A stretch of 24,232 nt of DNA from an uncultured Methanosarcinales archaeon (GTDB lineage Archaea > Nanobdellota > Nanobdellia > Woesearchaeales > ARS49). Below are positions 9,632 to 17,391 of the stretch, piece by piece (the stretch's first letter is position 1; each line of letters starts with the position of its first letter). The stretch is taken from the NCBI GenBank assembly GCA_964469145.1, contig CAYXXT010000001.1, positions 1 through 24,232 of the forward strand. The letters run 5' to 3'. The notes under the pieces are model-generated. The model saw only the letters and a program-made list of their open reading frames with translations, was not told the DNA's origin and ran no database searches. Both the position numbers and the translations under genes were made by a program.

Positions 9632-10261
9632 ATGACAGACATCCACAAAGCACAGCGTGTCGGCGTTTTCGTTGACGTGCAAAACATGTATTACAGTGCG
9701 AAGTATGAATACAACGCGCACGTGAATTTCAAAAGCATCCTTCTTGACGCGGTGCGTGGTCGAAACCTCGTTCGCGCATTAGCATATGTGATTCGCACTG
9801 AAGAAGCAGGCAAGGAATCTTTTTTCGAAGCCTTAACCCACATCGGTTTTGAAGTGCGTGCAAAAGACTTGCAGATTTTCGCAGGCGGTGCAAAGAAGGG
9901 CGATTGGGATATTGGTATCGCAATGGACTGCATTGAACTCGCTCCGCGTCTTGACACAATCGTTTTAGTCAGCGGTGATGGCGACTTCATCCCTCTTGTT
10001 GAACATTTAAAGCGCGCGCTTGGCTGTCGTGTTGAAGTAATCGCATTCGGCAAGAGTTCGAGCGCAAAACTTATCGAGGTTGCGGACAGCTATATTGACC
10101 TCGATAAAGACTTGAAAAAATATTGCATTAAGCCAACGGTGCGTTCTGTTCCGAGGCGCGAAGTGGACACGCATTCGGTTCCACAGCCATCGCCTGCGCC
10201 GGTAAAAAAGCAGTCTCCGCAAGCGCCGGCAAGCAGGCATTCTAGCCCGATTCGTCGGTGA
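9632..10261 (+). CDS. NYN-domain protein (LabA/DUF88 family, PIN-like fold)
   Basis: VFVDVQNMYY, KKGDWDIGIAMD, LVSGDGDFIPLV, VEVIAF..SSS.KL...AD.YIDL; SD GAGGT upstream; Pro/Ser-rich tail. Confidence 0.92.
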   Translation: MTDIHKAQRVGVFVDVQNMYYSAKYEYNAHVNFKSILLDAVRGRNLVRALAYVIRTEEAGKESFFEALTHIGFEVRAKDLQIFAGGAKKGDWDIGIAMDCIELAPRLDTIVLVSGDGDFIPLVEHLKRALGCRVEVIAFGKSSSAKLIEVADSYIDLDKDLKKYCIKPTVRSVPRREVDTHSVPQPSPAPVKKQSPQAPASRHSSPIRR

Positions 10262-10407
10262 CTGGACACGGGACAAGTTCGCGTGAGCGTTTTAAAGACG
10301 GGAAATAATGTTCTACTAATTGTAGTTTCGCACGCGCACCGCAAAGTGACTGCAATAAATTTATATAGCGCCGCGCAAAATAAAATAGTGGAAATAGGGT
10401 GAGAAAA

Positions 10408-10722
10408 ATGGAATTGAGTGAACAAAATTTTGAATCCGAAGTGTTGAAGAGTAGTAAGCCGGTTATCGTCGACTTTTGGGCTCCGTGGTGCGGTCCGTGC
10501 AAAATGATTGCACCGATATTTGCAAAAGTTTCAGAATCAATGACGCACGTCAAATTCGCGAAGGTGAACGTAGATGACAACACACCGCTCGCCCACGATC
10601 AAGGTGTCATGGGTATTCCATGTATGATTGTGTACAAGAACGGCGAGGAAGTTGACCGTATTGTCGGATACCAGCCCGAGCACGAGCTTAAGAAAAAGAT
10701 TGAGGCGGCAATCGCAAAGTGA
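10408..10722 (+). CDS. trxA: Thioredoxin
   Basis: VIVDFWAPWCGPCK active site and GVMGIP cis-Pro loop. ATG 10408 follows SD-like GGTGA; alternative start GTG 10399. Confidence 0.96.
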   Translation: MELSEQNFESEVLKSSKPVIVDFWAPWCGPCKMIAPIFAKVSESMTHVKFAKVNVDDNTPLAHDQGVMGIPCMIVYKNGEEVDRIVGYQPEHELKKKIEAAIAK

Positions 10723-11366
10723 CGATTATCGTGAACTGTAAGGCGTATGCTGAAGGATCGGGTGCGAATGCAGTGAAACTTGCCAAGATTTGTGAGCAAG
10801 TGGCGAAGAAAGAGAAAGTCGCAATCGCGATTGCAGTGCAGGCGGCAGATATTCAGCAAGTCGCAAGTGCGGTTTCTATTCCTGTGTTTGCGCAGCATGT
10901 TGACGCGGTTGAGTTCGGCGCCCATACGGGCTGGACGCTTCCTGAGTCTGTGCACGAGGCGGGCGCGGTTGGTTCTCTTATCAATCATAGTGAACTGCGT
11001 GTTCCTGAGGGCATGATTAAGCAAATTGTCGGGCGTTTAAAGGAGCTGGGCATGATTTCTGTTGTGTGCGCGGCTAATCCTGCGGAAGAGGAGCGTTTAG
11101 CAAAGTTTAAGCCGGATATGCTCGCCGTTGAGCCTCCGCAGTTAATCGGCGGGAAGGTTTCAGTGTCTGAGGCTCAGCCGGAGATTATTTCTGAGAGTGT
11201 GAGGCGAGCAAAAGGTATTCCTGTTCTTGTTGGCGCGGGCGTGCACACGGCAAAGGATGTTGCAACTGCGCGGAAGTTGGGCGCGCTTGGTGTTCTTGTT
11301 GCGTCAGGCGTGGTGCTTGCGAAGGACCAGAAGAAAGCGCTTCTTGAATTGGTGAAGGGTTTCTGA
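10719..11366 (+). CDS. tpiA: Triosephosphate isomerase, archaeal type
   Basis: IVNCKAY (catalytic Lys), GAHTG, LINHSE (His), AVEPP (Glu), GAGV, GVLVASGV; short 215-aa archaeal form; GTGA overlap with trxA. Confidence 0.95.
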   Translation: MTIIVNCKAYAEGSGANAVKLAKICEQVAKKEKVAIAIAVQAADIQQVASAVSIPVFAQHVDAVEFGAHTGWTLPESVHEAGAVGSLINHSELRVPEGMIKQIVGRLKELGMISVVCAANPAEEERLAKFKPDMLAVEPPQLIGGKVSVSEAQPEIISESVRRAKGIPVLVGAGVHTAKDVATARKLGALGVLVASGVVLAKDQKKALLELVKGF

Positions 11367-11488
11367 TTTCTTGATTATTTTTCATAACCTTTCTTGAATA
11401 TTTCGGAAAGTTTCCCGAGTTATCATCAATGACTTCTTTAAGGGAAGACTGAGCAATTAAAATATGGAAACGCAACCGATTTATACCA

Positions 11489-11505
11489 GTTATACTAAGT
11501 ATAAC
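11489..11505. promoter_or_regulatory. Palindromic operator of TA module 1
   Basis: Perfect inverted repeat GTTATACT-A-AGTATAAC between TATA box TTTATA (11480-11485) and ATG 11509. Confidence 0.75.
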
Positions 11506-11508
11506 AAA

Positions 11509-11742
11509 ATGCCAATGATTGAAGCAAAGCTACGGAAGTGGGGACATTCACTCGGCGTGATTATTCCAAAAGAGATACTAAAACAGCAAAACGTGAAGGA
11601 GAACCAGACTGTGCGCATTATTTTGATGAACGAGTCTCCCCCTGTTTTGAAAAAATGGTTTGGAATCGCGAAGGGAAAAATAAGGAAGTCGGGACAGCAA
11701 ATCAAAGACGAGATACGAGCGGAGCTTTACCCTGATGACTGA
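11509..11742 (+). CDS. AbrB/MazE/SpoVT-family antitoxin (VapB-like, about 77 aa)
   Basis: KLRKWGHSLGVIIPKEIL..QNVKENQTV is the AbrB/MazE signature; overlaps the downstream PIN gene; start inferred from TATA spacing. Confidence 0.88.
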   Translation: MPMIEAKLRKWGHSLGVIIPKEILKQQNVKENQTVRIILMNESPPVLKKWFGIAKGKIRKSGQQIKDEIRAELYPDD

Positions 11743-12100
11743 GTTCTTTTTTGATTCTTACGCGTTGGTCGAGATTGCAAAAAGAAATCAAAGATTTATG
11801 CCGTATACATCGTACAAAGTGATATTAACCAAGTTGAATCTTTTTGAATTGCATTATGCACTTATCCGTGATGGACTAATTGAGCTCGGAGAACTTGCCT
11901 TAAGCGATTACCGCGAATTTCTTGTAGATTTTGACTTATTTGACATCAAACAAGCCGCACAATTAAAACTGAAGTTCAAAAAAAGAAAGCTCTCAATGAC
12001 TGACTGCATCGGGTACGTTCTCGCGCAAAAGGCGGGCTTGAAGTTTTTGACGGGCGATAAGGAGTTTGCCGATTTGCCGGGCGTTGAGTTTGTGAAGTAG
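11735..12100 (+). CDS. vapC: PIN-domain toxin (VapC family)
   Basis: FFFDSYALVE, LFEL, LSMTDCIG, LTGDKEF carry the conserved acidic PIN residues; 121 aa. Confidence 0.9.
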   Translation: MTEFFFDSYALVEIAKRNQRFMPYTSYKVILTKLNLFELHYALIRDGLIELGELALSDYREFLVDFDLFDIKQAAQLKLKFKKRKLSMTDCIGYVLAQKAGLKFLTGDKEFADLPGVEFVK

Positions 12101-12127
12101 TGGTTTGTGCACGATTTAAACAAGTAA

Positions 12128-13015
12128 TTATTGCATTTTTTGGCTGTTGATGAGTCTGAATGTTCCTTGTCCGGGGTCGACTCCGGTGATGCTCATGACT
12201 CTTGTTCGTGGTTCTTCGCCCCACTCTCGTATCTGGAGGAAAATTGCTTCTTGTGGGCTGGTTTGTGGCCCATCATAGTCAAGCATGGTTGAGACGTGCA
12301 TGAAGTAGCTCCAGGTTCCGTGTCTGATGCCAAGGAATGCATTGTATCTTCGGTCGATTTCTACGCGGGTTTCTTGCAAGCCGAAGAGTGCTTGTATCAT
12401 TTCTTCGGCGGGCGAGCCGTATCCGCTGCGCAAGTTGACGTCGATTATTTCTTGGTCGCGTCGGCTATATGCGCGGGTTAGTTGTTTGATTGCGCTTTCT
12501 TGATAAGTTATCCTATCTGATGTGAGTGTGCCGTTTGTGATGTCAGCGCGTATTAATTCGGCAAGGGTGTCGGCGAGTTCTGGTTGTTTGCCGACAAGTC
12601 TCGCGTGTTCGATTGCGCGAACGGTGGCGTCGATTTCAAGGAGTGTTGGTATTTCTCCGTAGGTGAAGCGAACGATTGGCAGTAAGCTCGCGTGTTCTTC
12701 TGCTGACCAAATTGATCGTTCTCGTTGCCAGCTGAGCTGGTACGATTGTCGTGTTTCGTCGCCTTTACCGCAATGTTGTGCACCATTGACGTGAATGCAG
12801 TCTTCATCTTGGTCAAGCCAGATTCCGCCGCGTTGCACGAGTGATTTGATTGCAGGGCGTTTTGCTCCGTCTGGGTTTTCTGCAAGTAAATCGTAGCAGA
12901 GTCCGCGGACGTATTCTTCGCCGAGTCGGTTGGCTTCGATGTACGCGTGCCAATCTTTTGCATCGCCTGTTGCTCGTGCGCGTCGTTCAAGTTCGCGGGT
13001 GCGGGTGTCAGTCAT
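12128..13015 (-). CDS. Uncharacterised paralogue D of the four-gene array (295 aa)
   Basis: Begins MTDTRTRELERRARA; clearly similar to 13012-13956 (CY..L.ENP.GAK, GG.W.D, PT..EIDATVRA, SITGV.P); ATGA overlap. Confidence 0.85.
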   Translation of the reverse strand: MTDTRTRELERRARATGDAKDWHAYIEANRLGEEYVRGLCYDLLAENPDGAKRPAIKSLVQRGGIWLDQDEDCIHVNGAQHCGKGDETRQSYQLSWQRERSIWSAEEHASLLPIVRFTYGEIPTLLEIDATVRAIEHARLVGKQPELADTLAELIRADITNGTLTSDRITYQESAIKQLTRAYSRRDQEIIDVNLRSGYGSPAEEMIQALFGLQETRVEIDRRYNAFLGIRHGTWSYFMHVSTMLDYDGPQTSPQEAIFLQIREWGEEPRTRVMSITGVDPGQGTFRLINSQKMQ

Positions 13016-13956
13016 TGTTCACCCATTCGTTTCACTTGAACAAGTCGTGCGGGGCGTCTGCTGTCGGGAGCGACTCCGGTGATTGATAAGACGAATCGGG
13101 TGCTTGCCATGTCGCGGGCAGTCATCATGACGAGTGGTTGTGTGGGGTGTGGCGCGGTGTACTGGTAGCTTTGAAAGAGCGTGCGTGTTTCTTCGAAGAG
13201 GTCGTTGTATCTTTGTTGTACTGTGTCTATTGGCTCATCGGTCGTGAAGTATTCTTGGATGTCGTGCGAATTAAGCGGGCGATTGCCGCCCATTGCTGAA
13301 TCGCTCGTGTATTGTTCTGGTCTGCCGCATGCGCGCATGTAGCGTTGTTCTTCGTCTTCATCTATCCATTCTGAGCCTGCGAGCAGGTGAGGTACGGTGA
13401 CAATGCGGTCGCAGGTGACGAATCCCATTTTGAATGAGCTTTTTATGCGGCTTTGTGCGTCGCGAACGTCGCCCGTGGAGTATTGTGCTGTTGCCGTGTG
13501 GAGCGCGCGTACTGTGGCGTCTATTTCTGCGATTGTTGGGAGTGTGAACGTGTTGCCGTTTGGGTCGCGATAGTTGCGGAGTGCTTCGATTGCTTCGTCT
13601 TGCGTGTGGGGAAAAGGTGGTGATCGTTCGCGTATTTGTGAGACTCGAAGTAATGCATCTGTCTGCCAGTTGAATACGTAGGGGGCGGGTATTGTATCGC
13701 CTGGCCCTCGGTGTCTGACTCCGGTGATGATAAAGTTTGAACTGCCGCTGAAGTCAACCCAAACTCCTCCTTTCTCAACCAACTTTTCAAGCGCGGCCTG
13801 TTTTGCTCCTTCTGGGTTTTCAGTAAGAATATTGTAGCAGATTTCTCTTGTGTGTTCTGGTTCAATGCGTAAGTTTGCGAAGTAGTTTTTCCAGTCGTTT
13901 GCGTCTCCGCTTTTTCGTGCGCGTCGTTCGAGTTCACGAAGGGAAGTGTCAGTCAT
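13012..13956 (-). CDS. Uncharacterised paralogue C of the four-gene array (314 aa)
   Basis: Start ATG 13956 (MTDTSLRELERRARK), chosen from similarity to its neighbour and the ATGA overlap. Confidence 0.85.
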   Translation of the reverse strand: MTDTSLRELERRARKSGDANDWKNYFANLRIEPEHTREICYNILTENPEGAKQAALEKLVEKGGVWVDFSGSSNFIITGVRHRGPGDTIPAPYVFNWQTDALLRVSQIRERSPPFPHTQDEAIEALRNYRDPNGNTFTLPTIAEIDATVRALHTATAQYSTGDVRDAQSRIKSSFKMGFVTCDRIVTVPHLLAGSEWIDEDEEQRYMRACGRPEQYTSDSAMGGNRPLNSHDIQEYFTTDEPIDTVQQRYNDLFEETRTLFQSYQYTAPHPTQPLVMMTARDMASTRFVLSITGVAPDSRRPARLVQVKRMGEQ

Positions 13957-14885
13957 GGTCTCGCCCGTTTGCACCGTCTGACTGGTCGTTCTTGTCCGTT
14001 TCCGGTATCGCACGCGTCAATGTAGAAGATGTCGGTTGTGTCTCGGTAGTCGATAGTGCCAAGGCCGAGTGCGCGAACCGTTCCTAATCCTCTGAAATTT
14101 TTTGTGGTGATGAACTGTATTTCTCGGTATAGTCCGGCTTGCGGTGACGCCCAGGTTTGAAGCGCAAGTCCTGGATTTTTCAAGTCAGTGAGGTTTTCAA
14201 GTGCTTGTTCGACGGTAGACGAGAGAATCGGTGGTTCTCTGCTGAGTGAGTCTTGGGCTGGTGCGAGGACAACGCGATTGGCTGAACCATCAAGGAATGG
14301 TAAGTCAAATCGTGTTTGGACTCGTCGGCCGTCAAGGGTGAGCTCATCGAGTGTGACAAGCGTTCCTTGTTGGTCGGTTATTTTGCCGTAGGCTGGTTGT
14401 GCTTGTTGTACTGATTCAACAAATGAGTGGTTGTACGCGGCGACTTCGTGGCGGAAGAGTCTGCTGCCAATGAGGTGTCGCATGCCGTCGGCGATTGCAA
14501 GTTCGAGGCGTAGCGGCATCATAATGATGCCGTCGTCTCTTGCTCCGCCGTGTTCGCGCGCAGTATATTGTGTGAGGGATTGCTCAATGTCGAAAAGTTC
14601 TCCATTCCAGCTGAGTTTCAAGATGACTTCTTCGCGTCTGCCTTGGTAGTTGGGAAGGGTTGCGCGAAGTGATTGTCCAAAAATAGGGTCATGGACGAGT
14701 TCTGCAAGCATTCCTCCAACGCCTAAGTAGACTTCTTGCCAGAGTTTGCTGTCTGGCTCTCGTTCAATGCGATCAAGCGCGTATGGTATTCCGCCTGCGC
14801 GTTGTACTGTGCGAGCGAGTCTTCCGACGAGCGCGGGGTCGTTTGGGCTTTCACGTTCGAGCTTTCGGATTTCGTCATCAGTCAT
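13953..14885 (-). CDS. Uncharacterised paralogue B of the four-gene array (310 aa)
   Basis: Start ATG 14885 (MTDDEIRKLERES), ATGA overlap; similar to 14882-15853 (RAGGIPYALDR, MPLRLE.AIA, QPAYGKI, TLDELTLDG, LGLG.IDY). Confidence 0.85.
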   Translation of the reverse strand: MTDDEIRKLERESPNDPALVGRLARTVQRAGGIPYALDRIEREPDSKLWQEVYLGVGGMLAELVHDPIFGQSLRATLPNYQGRREEVILKLSWNGELFDIEQSLTQYTAREHGGARDDGIIMMPLRLELAIADGMRHLIGSRLFRHEVAAYNHSFVESVQQAQPAYGKITDQQGTLVTLDELTLDGRRVQTRFDLPFLDGSANRVVLAPAQDSLSREPPILSSTVEQALENLTDLKNPGLALQTWASPQAGLYREIQFITTKNFRGLGTVRALGLGTIDYRDTTDIFYIDACDTGNGQERPVRRCKRARP

Positions 14886-15853
14886 TGCGGCACCTTTGCT
14901 CGTCTGCAGCCTCGGGTGTATCTTAAGGGGCCGTTTTCGCCGCCGCATACGTCGACATAGAATGCATCGAGGGATTGAGTATAGTCAATGCAGCCGAGTC
15001 CGAGTACGGATTCGCTTCCTTCTTCTCGGATGTCTCCTTCAGCAGTTGCGTAGACGATAGGTCTTTTTCTGCCGTTTTGTTGAGTGGCGAATGTTTGAAG
15101 GATTAGTCCTGGGGTTTTCTCGCCGCCGATTTGTTCAAGTGATTCTTCAATTGCTGAACGCATCATGAGGTCTAATTCTCTAAGGTCCCTGAAGCCAGGC
15201 GTGTACGGTTGGTTTTCTCCTTCTTCTGGGGCGATAATGATGCAGGGAGTGGTGCCAACGGAGGGAATGTTAATATCGTGTCTGACTCTTGTTCCATCAA
15301 GGGTGAGTTCGTCAAGTGTTGCGTTTGTGAGTGTGTTTCCTTCAATGATTTTGCCGTATGCGGGTTGTGATTGTTGAACTGATATCACAAATGAGTCCCG
15401 GTATGCGAGTTGTTCGCGTGAGAAGAGTGGGATGTCGCGTATCGTGTGCATTGCTTTTGCGATTGCGATTTCGAGGCGTAGCGGCATGACGATGACGCCG
15501 TCTTGGCGTGTGCCGCCGATTGCGACAGAAGTATAGCGCGTGAGCATAGTTTCAATGTCTTGTGGTCCGTCTTCTAAGTTGTTTATGCCGACGATGAGGT
15601 CTTCGCGTCTGCCTTCATAGTCAGGGAGGGTGATGCGAATGGATTCTCCGAGCATGTTGTCGTTCACAAGCCGAACGTAAACTCCGCCGACTGCAATGTA
15701 GACGTCTCTCCAGAGCGAACTGTCAGGCTCTCTTGTGAGTCTATCAAGCGCGTATGGTATTCCGCCTGCGCGTTCTACTGCGCGGGCGAGTCGCGGGACA
15801 AGGTCAGGCGTGTTTACCGACGCTCGTTCAAGTGCGCGTAAGTCGTCGTCCAT
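14882..15853 (-). CDS. Uncharacterised paralogue A of the four-gene array (323 aa), first gene of the operon
   Basis: Start ATG 15853 (MDDDLRALERAS), 23 nt from a TATA box. Confidence 0.85.
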   Translation of the reverse strand: MDDDLRALERASVNTPDLVPRLARAVERAGGIPYALDRLTREPDSSLWRDVYIAVGGVYVRLVNDNMLGESIRITLPDYEGRREDLIVGINNLEDGPQDIETMLTRYTSVAIGGTRQDGVIVMPLRLEIAIAKAMHTIRDIPLFSREQLAYRDSFVISVQQSQPAYGKIIEGNTLTNATLDELTLDGTRVRHDINIPSVGTTPCIIIAPEEGENQPYTPGFRDLRELDLMMRSAIEESLEQIGGEKTPGLILQTFATQQNGRKRPIVYATAEGDIREEGSESVLGLGCIDYTQSLDAFYVDVCGGENGPLRYTRGCRRAKVPQ

Positions 15854-15875
15854 AGTCGAAAACACGCGTTTTGCC

Positions 15876-15883
15876 TTTATAAA
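15876..15883 (-). promoter_or_regulatory. TATA box of the paralogue operon
   Basis: TTTATAAA preceded on the minus strand by purine-rich AGAAAGC (BRE-like); spacing fits a leaderless transcript. Confidence 0.7.
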
Positions 15884-15941
15884 GCTTTCTAAATTAACCA
15901 CTTATGAGAGACAATCTTAAAAGAGTAATCTTTAAATACAA

Positions 15942-15956
15942 GTATTACAGTAATAC
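15942..15956. promoter_or_regulatory. Palindromic operator of TA module 2
   Basis: Perfect inverted repeat GTATTAC-A-GTAATAC between TATA-like TTTAAATA (15931-15938) and ATG 15961. Confidence 0.75.
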
Positions 15957-15960
15957 CAAT

Positions 15961-16206
15961 ATGGAAACAGTCAAAACCATCAAAGACGTGGACGACCAGA
16001 CCTGGGCGCAATTCAAGAGTATCGCCGCTGCGAATAATGCGAAAACCGGGCAGATGCTTAAGATAATCGTTGATGACTATCAGAAACGCGCAGCAGGATG
16101 GTGGGAGCGCGTGCGCGCGCAAAAGCCGGTGCTTTCAAAGAAAGAATGCGATGAACTGGAAGCGTCAGTGAAGAGAATACGCAAGGAGTATGGCTGGCGC
16201 ATATGA
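15961..16206 (+). CDS. Putative antitoxin, ribbon-helix-helix-like (81 aa)
   Basis: METVKTIKDVDDQTWAQFKSIAAANNAKTGQMLKIIV fits a strand-helix-helix pattern; ATGA overlap with the PIN gene. Confidence 0.8.
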   Translation: METVKTIKDVDDQTWAQFKSIAAANNAKTGQMLKIIVDDYQKRAAGWWERVRAQKPVLSKKECDELEASVKRIRKEYGWRI

Positions 16207-16592
16207 CGTTCATGCTTGATACGTCGATATTGATAGACTTGCAGCGGGACGAAAAGAAAACAATTGAGCTGCTCGACAGATACCTCACTCGCGAACAGCC
16301 CGCACGCATATCGTTTATGACGTATGTGGAGTTCTGGCAGGGAACGGAGGGATACACGCTTGAGAAAAAAACAGAAATAAAGAAATTTATTTGGCAGTTT
16401 GTGATTCTTCACACGACAAATGCGACTGCGTTGATATTGGCAAAGCTCAAGCACGATTATGACAAGAAGAAGCTCACCAAATCAATGAATGACCTCTTCA
16501 TCGCCGCTCAGGCAATCGAGCACAATCTGACGCTCATCACAAAAGACAGAGACTTTGAAGACGTCACCGAGTTAAAAAAAGTAATTCTCTGA
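16203..16592 (+). CDS. vapC: PIN-domain toxin (VapC family)
   Basis: FMLDTSILID, YVEF, SMNDLFIAAQAIEHNLTLITKDRDF. Confidence 0.93.
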   Translation: MTFMLDTSILIDLQRDEKKTIELLDRYLTREQPARISFMTYVEFWQGTEGYTLEKKTEIKKFIWQFVILHTTNATALILAKLKHDYDKKKLTKSMNDLFIAAQAIEHNLTLITKDRDFEDVTELKKVIL

Positions 16593-16600
16593 TTTCTGCA

Positions 16601-16663
16601 AACAACGAACCACCCGCTACAAACCACCAACGAATAACCACAAACGAAAAACGAGTAACCCGT
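16601..16663. repeat. Degenerate heptamer array (AACNNNN), 9 units
   Basis: AACAACG AACCACC CGCTACA AACCACC AACGAAT AACCACA AACGAAA AACGAGT AACCCGT fills most of the gap between convergent genes. Confidence 0.8.
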
Positions 16664-17389
16664 CTAGTACCCGACCGCGTTCATCATCGCATGGAAGACA
16701 TTTGAGATGCAGTTGCTGAGTTTTTCGTAGGGCATGCGTGCGCGTAGTTTTTCTCGTTCGTCGAGGAGTGATTTGTACGTTGCGTAGTAGATGACGTCGT
16801 GGACTGAGTAGTGGAGTCCGAGGCGGTCAAGGGGCATGACTTGTTTGATGATTTCGATGGTTATTGGCTGGTCAACGCGGAGTAAGTATGAGATTGGTTT
16901 TTGAAGGTGCATCCCGGATTTGCGTATGGTTTCGCGGACTGCGATTTTTTGGCTTGGGGTGAAGTCGAATTTTGATTTGCGAATTGGTGTTTGCGTTTCT
17001 GCATGGCTTGCTTGACTTGATGGGCGTGCTCGTCCTCCTTGCGCGGCTGCGAGTTCGCGGTTGCACGTGTCGAGTTGTTCTTTAAGGTGGGTGGAGTACG
17101 CGTCCCATTGTCGTTCGCGTTCTGCGTTGCTCGCGAGTGCTTTTGCTTCTGCTTGTTTTTCGAATTGGTCAAGTGTTTTGTGGGCGGCGAGCGCGTGTGC
17201 AGTGATGTTTTTAGCTTTGGTGAAGGCGCTTTCAATGAGTCCTTTTGCGTTTTCTGCAATGGCCGGTTTCGGATTTTTCGCGAATACGTTTATTGCCGCG
17301 CGGAGTTGTGCGAGTGTTCCTTCGAGGTCTTCTTTGGTAATCACAGTGAGGAGGGCTTCAATGTCGTTTGTTTCTGTTGTGGTCGTCAT
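16664..17389 (-). CDS. Hypothetical protein with a coiled-coil N-terminal half (241 aa)
   Basis: Long ORF starting 2 nt after the upstream gene's stop; Ala/Glu/Lys-rich helical region. Confidence 0.72.
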   Translation of the reverse strand: MTTTTETNDIEALLTVITKEDLEGTLAQLRAAINVFAKNPKPAIAENAKGLIESAFTKAKNITAHALAAHKTLDQFEKQAEAKALASNAERERQWDAYSTHLKEQLDTCNRELAAAQGGRARPSSQASHAETQTPIRKSKFDFTPSQKIAVRETIRKSGMHLQKPISYLLRVDQPITIEIIKQVMPLDRLGLHYSVHDVIYYATYKSLLDEREKLRARMPYEKLSNCISNVFHAMMNAVGY

Positions 17390-17391
17390 GT

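Noticed and set aside
11367..16663. TA-flanked block as a defined mobile element
   Set aside because: No transposase, integrase, terminal inverted repeats or target-site duplication were seen; reported only as a possible variable island.
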